From: Fidelibacterota bacterium
GTDB lineage: Bacteria > Fidelibacterota > Marinisomatia > Marinisomatales > S15-B10
Length of the DNA: 14,706 nucleotides
Direction of reading: 5' to 3'
Assembly: GCA_046861655.1 (NCBI GenBank)
Contig: JBHIAI010000040.1
Coordinates: forward strand, 1 to 14,706
Of this stretch, positions 1 through 7,044 are shown piece after piece (position 1 is the first letter of the stretch; each line of letters opens with the position of its first letter). The position numbers were made by a program, and so were the translations under genes. The notes under the pieces are model-generated. The model made no database searches. It saw nothing but the letters and a program-made list of their open reading frames with translations, and had not been told where the DNA came from.

Positions 1-381
1 TATGGTGACCTCATGGGGGAACTCCTGGCATTCTTTCGCGAACGGGTTGACTATGCCCAACGCTGTGGTATTGACCGGAGGAAAATCGTACTGGACCCGG
101 GGATCGGATTCGGCAAGCGCGTTCAGGACAATTTCGCCATACTCAGGAATCTGGATCAGATCGTCGGATTGGGACATCAGGTGCTGGTAGGACCCTCCCG
201 AAAATCGTTTATCGGGGCCACCCTGGATCTTCCGGTTCAGGAACGGGTGGAGGGAACCGCCGCCGCCGTCACGGCCGCGGTGCTGAACGGTGCCCGCATG
301 GTCCGGGTTCATGATGTTAGACAGATGAAACGGGTGGTGGCCATCGCGGACGGAGTGGTGAACGAGGGCGCCCTGGCATGA
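1..381 (+). CDS. folP: Dihydropteroate synthase, C-terminal part (5'-truncated by the window edge)
   Basis: Frame is open from base 1 (YGDLMGELLAFF...). DHPS motifs IVLDPGIGFGK, GPSRKSFIG and VRVHDV are present. The TGA stop overlaps the next ATG (ATGA, 378-381). Confidence 0.96.
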   Translation, partial: YGDLMGELLAFFRERVDYAQRCGIDRRKIVLDPGIGFGKRVQDNFAILRNLDQIVGLGHQVLVGPSRKSFIGATLDLPVQERVEGTAAAVTAAVLNGARMVRVHDVRQMKRVVAIADGVVNEGALA

Positions 382-1151
382 CCCTGGTCAAGATCGGCTT
401 CCTCACCATCTCCCTGCTGGATGTCCTTGACATCATTCTGGTGGCTTGGCTGTTTGTTACCCTCTATCACTACTTCCGGGGGACCCGGGCAGGGCACATG
501 CTGGTGGGACTGATCATCATCCTGATCGCCTCTTTTCTGTCACGGGCCATAGGATTAAGCGGAATGACCTGGATCGTGGACCAAATCCAGACGGTGTGGG
601 TAGTGGCGTTTGTTATTCTCTTCCAGCCTGAGCTCCGCCGCCTTCTCATCTACGTGGGAAGCACCCGCTTCTTCCAAAAACTGTTCCGGGTGGGCTCGTC
701 CACCACTATCGACGCTGTGGTGGAGGCGACGAGGACCCTCCAGGAAAGAGGGTGGGGAGCCCTGATCGTGCTCCAACGGGATACGGGACTCAAGTCGGTC
801 AAGGAAGCCGCCACTCCCCTGAAGGCCGAAGTGTCAGCTCCCCTTCTGGTCTCCATTTTCAATCCAGAATCCCCCCTCCATGACGGTGCGGTCATCATCC
901 AGAATGACATCATCGAAGCTGCCCAGTGCGTCCTCCCCCTCACCGAGAGTGAACTGGTGGACCCGGAGATGGGTACACGTCACCGTGCCGCCCTTGGCAT
1001 CAGCGAGGAAACCGATGTGATCGCCGTCGTTGTCTCGGAAGAAAAGAGAAGGATTTCCGTTGCCATGAATGGTGTATTCCATCTGAAACTGGATGAATTC
1101 GGCCTGAGAAGATTTCTCAATGAGAACCTGTTTGTGGGTGGGGGAGAGTAG
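378..1151 (+). CDS. cdaA: Membrane-bound diadenylate cyclase CdaA/DacA (c-di-AMP synthase), 257 aa
   Basis: Three N-terminal hydrophobic segments, the ILFQPELRR motif, and the DAC catalytic motifs PLHDGAVII (DGA) and GTRHRAALG (RHR), plus VVSEE. Confidence 0.95.
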   Translation: MTLVKIGFLTISLLDVLDIILVAWLFVTLYHYFRGTRAGHMLVGLIIILIASFLSRAIGLSGMTWIVDQIQTVWVVAFVILFQPELRRLLIYVGSTRFFQKLFRVGSSTTIDAVVEATRTLQERGWGALIVLQRDTGLKSVKEAATPLKAEVSAPLLVSIFNPESPLHDGAVIIQNDIIEAAQCVLPLTESELVDPEMGTRHRAALGISEETDVIAVVVSEEKRRISVAMNGVFHLKLDEFGLRRFLNENLFVGGGE

Positions 1152-1155
1152 CGGG

Positions 1156-1190
1156 TAGAGATTGAGTTTTGACGGGCCTATGATTAATTT
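1156..1190 (+). promoter_or_regulatory. Putative sigma70-type promoter for the prfB-lysS-lol operon
   Basis: AT-rich spacer with TTGAGT(1162-1167)-N17-TAATTT(1185-1190). An alternative register is TAGAGA(1156-1161)-N17-TATGAT(1179-1184). Confidence 0.5.
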
Positions 1191-1192
1191 TG

Positions 1193-1222
1193 TTGCAGTT
1201 GCCGGCGTCTCCGGGGCTGCGA
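1193..1222 (+). other. GC-rich stem-loop in the prfB 5' leader
   Basis: TTGCAGTT-G-CCGG-[CGTCT]-CCGG-GGCTGCGA: 12 pairs including three G-U, one bulge and a 5-nt loop. No U-tract follows. Confidence 0.5.
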
Positions 1223-1237
1223 GATATGAGGACAAGC

Positions 1238-2348
1238 ATGGACACCTCCGAATTGAAAGAACGGTTCCATAAGGCAGACAAAAGGTTTCAGGATCTCCGG
1301 GGGTATCTTTGACCTTTCTGCCCTGCAGTCCACCCTTTCCGAACTCAAGAAAAAGACTGTGAAGGAAGACTTCTGGGACCGGTCTTCCCGGGCGCAGTCT
1401 GTACTGAAGAAAATCTCAGCCATCGAAAAAGAACTCTCCCTCTGGGAGAGGGCCCAGAAAAAGCGGGAGGATATGGAAGTGTTCCTGGGTCTTGTGGAGG
1501 AAGAAGAGGGAAGGGATGGGTCCCTTTACCGGGAGACTGCGGAAGAACTGGCTTCCTTCGAGGAACTGGTGGATGAGCTGGAGATCAAGCTCACCCTGAA
1601 CGATCCCAAGGATCAAAAAGACGCCATCCTCACCATTCATCCGGGTGCCGGCGGAACGGAGTCCCAGGACTGGGCCAGCATGCTCTACCGTATGTACGTC
1701 CGCTGGATCGAGCGTCACGACCTTCAGTACGATGTGATCGACTACCAGCCAGGGGAGGAGGCTGGAATCAAGGACGTTACCCTGGAGGTCAAGGGTGAGA
1801 ACGCCTACGGGCTGTTGAAATCTGAGATGGGGGTTCACCGGCTGGTCAGGATTTCACCCTTCGATGCTTCCAGCCGCCGCCACACCTCCTTCGCCTCTGT
1901 ATTCCTGTATCCCTCCATGGACGAGGAGATTGAGATAGCCATCAAGCCCGACGAACTGAGGATCGATACCTACCGGGCCAGTGGAGCAGGCGGTCAGCAC
2001 GTGAACAAGACAGACTCCGCTGTTCGGATTACCCATCTTCCCACCGGCACTGTGGTTCAGTGCCAGAACGAGCGTTCCCAGCACAAGAATAAGGCTAACG
2101 CCATGAAAATCTTAAAATTACGACTGTATCAAAAAAGATTGGAAGAGAAGGAAAAGTCCATGAGGGAGCTGGAAAGCCAGAAGAAAGATATCGGCTGGGG
2201 AAGCCAGATCCGTTCCTACGTGTTTCATCCCTATACCCTGGTGAAGGATCACCGCACCGACGTTCAGGTAGGCGACGCTGAGGGCGTTCTGGACGGTGAT
2301 CTGGATGTGTTCATCCGGGCCTACCTCCTCCAGCGAACCTCCTCGTAA
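1238..2348 (+). CDS. prfB: Peptide chain release factor 2, made through a +1 programmed ribosomal frameshift (join 1238..1309 and 1311..2348, about 369 aa)
   Basis: SD GAGGA at 1228-1232 and ATG at 1238 give MDTSELKERFHKADKRFQDLRGYL, ending at CTT TGA C (1307-1313). The +1 frame continues DLSALQSTLSELKKKTVKEDFWD into the 1359..2348 ORF, which has the RF2-specific SPF motif (RISPFD), GGQ (GAGGQHVN) and WGSQIRSY. Confidence 0.97.
1299..1313 (+). promoter_or_regulatory. prfB autoregulatory frameshift cassette
   Basis: GGGGG-TAT-CTT-TGA-C: an internal SD-like element 3 nt upstream of the CUU-UGA-C slippery site, matching the canonical RF2 cassette. Confidence 0.95.
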
Positions 2349-2362
2349 GCCAGGGGAAAGCG

Positions 2363-3865
2363 GTGGCAGCGGCAGAGAAGAAACAGAGTTTGAACCGGAT
2401 TATTCAGTTCCGCAGGGAGAAACTCGATCGTCTGAGGGAACTGGGAGTCAATCCCTACCCTTACCGGTTCGACGTTACCCATACGTCCGTCCAGGTGCGG
2501 GAAGGTTTCCAGGAGTTGAAGGAGTCGTCGGTCCGCGTGGCGGGCCGGATCGTGTCGTTGAGAAGAATGGGAAAGACCGCCTTTTTTCATCTTCAGGACC
2601 AATCCGGAAGGATTCAAGTGTATGTCAAGCGTGAAACGGTAGGAGAGAAAACCTTCGCAGTATTCGGTCTGATGGACATCGGGGATCTGGTGGGAGTCCA
2701 GGGAACGGTGTTTACCACCCAGACGGGTGAGATCAGCGTATCCGCCCGCACCCTGGACCTTCTGTGCAAGAGCCTTCGTCCCTTGCCCGGGACAAAAAAG
2801 AGGGGGGAGGAGTCGTTTCACCCGTTCCACGGCAAGGAGCAGCGGTACCGGTACCGACATCTGGATCTTATTGTCAATCCTGAAGTGAAGGAGGTGTTCC
2901 AGAAGCGGGCCCGGATCATCACTGCCGTCCGCAGGTTTTTGGATAACGAGGGGTTTACTGAAGTGGAAACGCCGGTTCTGCAGCCCGTCTACGGGGGAGC
3001 GTTTGCCCGGCCTTTCAAGACAACCCATCATACCCTCGACCGGGACCTGTATCTTCGCGTTGCCGATGAACTCTACCTAAAACGGCTTATTATCTCAGGA
3101 TTCGACCGGGTCTACGAACTGTCCAAAGTCTTCAGGAACGAAGGGATGGACAGACTTCACAATCCGGAATTCACCATGCTGGAATTCTACATAGCCTACG
3201 TGGATTACCTTTTTCTCATGGATTTCACAGAGAAACTGATTCAGAAGGCGGCCGATGCAGTGGGCCTCACGGCGGTGAAAGTGGATGGAAAAATGGTGGA
3301 TCTAACGCTTCCCTTTCGCAGGGTTTCTTACATGGAAGTCTTGGGCCAGGCGGTAGGTGAAGACGTGTCGGAGGCCGACGAAGCGACCCTGAGGCAGCTG
3401 GCCGGCGAGCACGGCGTGGACGTGGGCGTTGAAGATCATCTGGGGCGTCTGTATGAAGTGTTGATGGCTCAGCTGGTGGAACCCGGGCTGGTAAACCCCA
3501 CGTTTGTTCTGGATTATCCCAAGGCCATATCTCCGTTGGCCAAGACGCACAGGAACGGAGACCGCAACCTGGTGGAGCGGTTCGAGCTTTTCATCGGGGG
3601 ACGCGAACTGGCCAACTCCTTTACCGAATTGAACGATCCCATCGACCAGCGCAAAAGGTTCGAAAATCAGGTGGAGTTAAGGAAAAAGGGAGATGACCAG
3701 GCTCAAGCCCTGGATGAAGATTTCCTGAGAGCTGTGGAAGTGGGCATGCCCCCGACGGGGGGTGTCGGAGTAGGAATTGACAGACTGGTCATGCTCCTAA
3801 CGGGCCAGCGATCCATCAAAGACGTCATCCTGTTTCCCGCCATGCGCCCGGAGAGCGATGACTGA
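2363..3865 (+). CDS. lysS: Lysine--tRNA ligase (class II), 500 aa
   Basis: N-terminal OB-fold (VAGRI...RMGK), EVETPVL, YGGAFARPF, motif 2 FRNEG...HNPEFT, ELNDP and motif 3 GMPPTGGVGVGIDRLVM. GTG start after AGGGG. The prfB-lysS linkage is conserved. Confidence 0.98.
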   Translation: MAAAEKKQSLNRIIQFRREKLDRLRELGVNPYPYRFDVTHTSVQVREGFQELKESSVRVAGRIVSLRRMGKTAFFHLQDQSGRIQVYVKRETVGEKTFAVFGLMDIGDLVGVQGTVFTTQTGEISVSARTLDLLCKSLRPLPGTKKRGEESFHPFHGKEQRYRYRHLDLIVNPEVKEVFQKRARIITAVRRFLDNEGFTEVETPVLQPVYGGAFARPFKTTHHTLDRDLYLRVADELYLKRLIISGFDRVYELSKVFRNEGMDRLHNPEFTMLEFYIAYVDYLFLMDFTEKLIQKAADAVGLTAVKVDGKMVDLTLPFRRVSYMEVLGQAVGEDVSEADEATLRQLAGEHGVDVGVEDHLGRLYEVLMAQLVEPGLVNPTFVLDYPKAISPLAKTHRNGDRNLVERFELFIGGRELANSFTELNDPIDQRKRFENQVELRKKGDDQAQALDEDFLRAVEVGMPPTGGVGVGIDRLVMLLTGQRSIKDVILFPAMRPESDD

Positions 3866-3867
3866 CG

Positions 3868-5094
3868 ATGTCCCCCACCACCTTTATTGCCCTCCGGCAC
3901 CTTAGCTCGCGACATTCCTTTAACTTCATTTCCCTGATCAGTTACCTGTCCGTTATGGGCATGGCACTGGGTTTAGCCGTTCTCATCCTCACCCTGGGAA
4001 TCCTCAATGGCTTCGAAAAGACCGTCGAACAGAAGATCATCAGCTTTGACGGCCACATTCGACTCACGGGATTCCTGGGCCGTCCAATCCCGGGAGCGAG
4101 CCCAAGTCTCGATTCCACCCTCAGCCGGTTTTCCGAAATCCAGGATCGAGCACCCTACGTTAACCATGCCGCCCTTTTGCGGTACGGTGGGGAGACCGAA
4201 GGGGTTCTGGTAGAAGGGATATCCTCTGCGAAAGCAATATCAGTTTTCGGGACGCCTAAGTTTGTGACCCAGGGGAGATTCGAATTCGGCGTAAGAGGGG
4301 GCGATCATCCCGGGCTTGTCATGGGCGAACGCCTGGCGGAGAATCTGGGTGCCGGGATAGGATCCCTGATCACCCTCATCAATCTTGACGGCCTGGGCAG
4401 GCCCGGCAAGGCGCCGAGAGTAGGCCAGTTTACCATAGTCGGATTGTACGAAATGGGTCTGAAGGAGTACGATGAATCCGTGGTATACGTTGACCTGGGC
4501 GCCGCCCAGGCCCTCTTCGAGTACGGGGACGGGATAACGGGTGAGATTCTCAAGCTTCGCCAGGCAAGCCAGGTTGACCCTGTGGCCCAGAGGCTCGACC
4601 AGGAGCTGGGCTATCCCTATTACCCCTCCACGTGGAAGGAGCGCCACCGGAATCTCTTTGCCTGGCTGTCGGTTCAGAAGTATCCGATCACCATGGTTTT
4701 TGCCCTGATTGCCCTGGTGGCCATCCTGAACATTACGTCCTCACTGGCCATGATTGTCATGGAGAAAACCAGAGAGATTGGGGTCCTGAGAGCCATGGGG
4801 TATTCTCGGAGGGGGATTTCCCGTCTATTCCTGCTGGAAGGATCCATAATCGGATCTGTGGGAGCCTTGCTGGGACTGGGATTGGCTTACGTCCTCGGGT
4901 GGGTTCAGGGGACCTATGGCGTCCTGAGAATACCCCAAGACATCTATTTTATGAGTGAGTTGCCCGTCATGTTTGAGCTCGCCCATTTTGTCGCGGTAGG
5001 GTTGATGGGTTTCGTTCTCAGTCTGGCAGCCACCGTTTATCCCGCCCGGAAAGCGGCGGACGTCCTGCCTGCGAGGGCGGTCCGGTACGAATGA
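3868..5094 (+). CDS. Lipoprotein-releasing ABC transporter permease (LolC/LolE/LolF family), 408 aa
   Basis: N-terminal TM helix followed by LNGF, a periplasmic domain, then a FtsX-type C-terminal domain with three TM segments (W..RH.NLF, MIVMEKTREIGVLRAMG, YPARKAA...PA). Lies upstream of lolD. Confidence 0.9.
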   Translation: MSPTTFIALRHLSSRHSFNFISLISYLSVMGMALGLAVLILTLGILNGFEKTVEQKIISFDGHIRLTGFLGRPIPGASPSLDSTLSRFSEIQDRAPYVNHAALLRYGGETEGVLVEGISSAKAISVFGTPKFVTQGRFEFGVRGGDHPGLVMGERLAENLGAGIGSLITLINLDGLGRPGKAPRVGQFTIVGLYEMGLKEYDESVVYVDLGAAQALFEYGDGITGEILKLRQASQVDPVAQRLDQELGYPYYPSTWKERHRNLFAWLSVQKYPITMVFALIALVAILNITSSLAMIVMEKTREIGVLRAMGYSRRGISRLFLLEGSIIGSVGALLGLGLAYVLGWVQGTYGVLRIPQDIYFMSELPVMFELAHFVAVGLMGFVLSLAATVYPARKAADVLPARAVRYE

Positions 5095-6317
5095 AGAATC
5101 TGAATCTCTGGTTGGCCTCAAGACTGCTCTTTTCCAGGAAGGAAATGGGGTGGATTTCCTTGAGCAGCGCAGTGTCCATTCTGGGCGTGGCCCTGGGATG
5201 TTTCGCCCTCCTGCTGTCTGTGGCCGTTCTGAACGGATTCGAGAATCAGATCAGGACCCGGGTGGTGGGATTTGAATCCGACGTTCGGCTCACCGCTACC
5301 GGTCTGACAGAACGGGATCGGTCGGACCTGGAGACAATCCTTGGTCAATCCGGCGGTATTCGGGCCCATTCTTTTTTCTCTGAAAAAAACGGGGTCATCC
5401 TGGCAGGAAACAAACGGGCCGTGGTCAGGATCAAGGCTGTGCAGGACTCCAGTCTTACCCAGGTGTACCACATAGAACGACTGGCTATCCTTCCTGCGTC
5501 GGGGTCACTGCCCAGGGCACACCTGGGGGAGCAGGCGGCCAGCCGGCTGGGTGTAGAAGTAGGAGACACCCTCCAGCTGGTGAGTCCCGTGTCCAGTCAA
5601 CTCTACCTGGGCTTCCCCTCGATGGTCCCGGTAGTGTTGGGATCCATTTTCCGTACACGGATCCTGAACTTCGACGACCGATACTGCTTCGTACCCCTGT
5701 CCGTGGGCAGGCGGCTGTTCGAACAGGGGGCTTCGCAGGACAAGGCCATTTTCACCCAGGGCGCGGACATCCGTCTGGCCCATGGCCTTTCACCCCAGGC
5801 CGCCATATCCGAGCTGCAGGTCCGCCTCCCCTCCCAGATGGAACTCACGGAATGGAAAGACCTTCACAAGACCCTGTTTTCGGCCATGGAGATGGAGAAA
5901 CTGGGGAGTACCCTGGTGTTGAGCCTGATCATTCTGGTTGCGTCGTTCAACATCGCCTCTTCCCTGGTCATGCTGGTCATGGAGAAAGTCAGGGAAATCG
6001 GTATCCTGCGCACAGTGGGGTCATCCGCGGGGAGAATCGGGCGTGTATTCGCCCTTCAGGGAATCATGATCGGGGGCATAGGGCTTTCCCTTGGACTGGT
6101 GTTCGGCCTGGGAGGGATATTCATCCAGAAACTCTGGGGGATCGTGAAACTCCCTGAACAGGTCTATTTTGTACCGTCAGTCCCGGTGGCGATATCGTGG
6201 CTGGATGTGGGGGTCATCGTTGCAGTAGGCTCTGTTCTCATAGGGGTGTCGGTGGTCTATCCTGCCCGGCTGGCCAGCCGGCTGGCGCCCACGGATGCGG
6301 TACAATTCGAGAAATGA
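5091..6317 (+). CDS. Second lipoprotein-releasing ABC transporter permease (LolC/LolE/LolF family), 408 aa
   Basis: SVAVLNGFE, LFSAMEMEK, VASFNIASSLVMLVMEKVREIGILRTVG and YPARLASRLAP motifs. ATGA overlaps with both neighbours. Confidence 0.9.
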   Translation: MKNLNLWLASRLLFSRKEMGWISLSSAVSILGVALGCFALLLSVAVLNGFENQIRTRVVGFESDVRLTATGLTERDRSDLETILGQSGGIRAHSFFSEKNGVILAGNKRAVVRIKAVQDSSLTQVYHIERLAILPASGSLPRAHLGEQAASRLGVEVGDTLQLVSPVSSQLYLGFPSMVPVVLGSIFRTRILNFDDRYCFVPLSVGRRLFEQGASQDKAIFTQGADIRLAHGLSPQAAISELQVRLPSQMELTEWKDLHKTLFSAMEMEKLGSTLVLSLIILVASFNIASSLVMLVMEKVREIGILRTVGSSAGRIGRVFALQGIMIGGIGLSLGLVFGLGGIFIQKLWGIVKLPEQVYFVPSVPVAISWLDVGVIVAVGSVLIGVSVVYPARLASRLAPTDAVQFEK

Positions 6318-7021
6318 TCCTGAAAGGGGAACATCTAAGGAAAAGCTATCCCACCGGTGAGGGTCGCCTCACGGTGTTGAAAGACGTAACCCTGTCGGTT
6401 AAGACCGGCGAACTGCTGTCCGTTATGGGTCCTTCCGGCTCGGGCAAATCCACCCTGTTGAACGTCCTGGGGACCTTGGACCGGCCCGATTCAGGACGGT
6501 TGTGGATCGATGGCCACGATGTTCTTTCCCTGGATGACATCCATCTCTCGCAGCTGAGGAACAAAACCGTCGGATTCGTGTTTCAATTTCATCACCTGTT
6601 GCCTGAATTCACTGTGCTGGAGAATCTTATGATCCCGCAGATGATGAACGGGGTCAACCCCTCCGATGCCCGTCGCAGGGGGATGTCCCTGTTGACCAGG
6701 GTCACGCTGGGAGAGAGAAAAGATCACAAACCGGGAACCATTTCCGGGGGAGAGAGACAGCGGGTGGCAGTCCTCCGGGCCCTGGTGAATGAACCCAGAC
6801 TGGTTCTGGCCGATGAGCCCACGGGGAACCTGGACCCGGAGAATGGGGCTGTGTTGATGGCTATGATAAGGGAATTGGCGGAAGGGGGAAAGCAGTCCTT
6901 CTTGATTGCCACTCACAATGCGTCGGTAGGGGACCAGTGCGGCAGGAGCCTGCGACTGGTGGATGGGATGATCGAGGAAAACGGCAAAAAGTACGTTGAT
7001 TCAGCACCAACACGGGGGTAA
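6314..7021 (+). CDS. lolD: Lipoprotein-releasing system ATP-binding protein LolD, 235 aa (true start 6314, not 6197)
   Basis: ATG at 6314 overlaps the permease stop (ATGA). Walker [10 protein letters not shown], LolD-typical [14 protein letters not shown], signature ISGGERQR, Walker B/D-loop [10 protein letters not shown], and H-loop ATH. Confidence 0.9.
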   Translation: MILKGEHLRKSYPTGEGRLTVLKDVTLSVKTGELLSVMGPSGSGKSTLLNVLGTLDRPDSGRLWIDGHDVLSLDDIHLSQLRNKTVGFVFQFHHLLPEFTVLENLMIPQMMNGVNPSDARRRGMSLLTRVTLGERKDHKPGTISGGERQRVAVLRALVNEPRLVLADEPTGNLDPENGAVLMAMIRELAEGGKQSFLIATHNASVGDQCGRSLRLVDGMIEENGKKYVDSAPTRG

Positions 7022-7024
7022 ATT
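6996..7024 (+). promoter_or_regulatory. Putative internal promoter for clpC overlapping the lolD 3' end
   Basis: TTGATT(6996-7001)-N17-TAAATT(7019-7024), followed by SD GAGGA and a GTG start at 7045. Confidence 0.55.
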
Positions 7025-7044
7025 TCAATTTCCGTGAGGACGTC

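Noticed and set aside
1152..1237. Possible c-di-AMP riboswitch or intrinsic terminator after cdaA
   Set aside because: The region is too short and lacks the ydaO consensus, and the hairpin has no U-tract.
1359..2348. ORF-track start of RF2 at GTG 1359, or prfB as a frameshifted pseudogene
   Set aside because: The canonical CTT-TGA-C recoding site and the upstream SD plus ATG at 1238 explain the split.
2321..3031. 236-aa minus-strand ORF, and similar ones such as 6913..7560 and 1416..1838
   Set aside because: These are shadows of conserved + strand genes and carry no recognisable motifs.
4757..6010. Similar DNA segments in the two permease genes (MEK.REIG.LR)
   Set aside because: This is a conserved protein motif of old paralogues, not a DNA repeat or recent duplication.
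6197..6313. 39-aa N-terminal extension of LolD
   Set aside because: It overlaps the permease CDS and does not look like LolD sequence. ATG 6314 gives a normal LolD with ATGA coupling.
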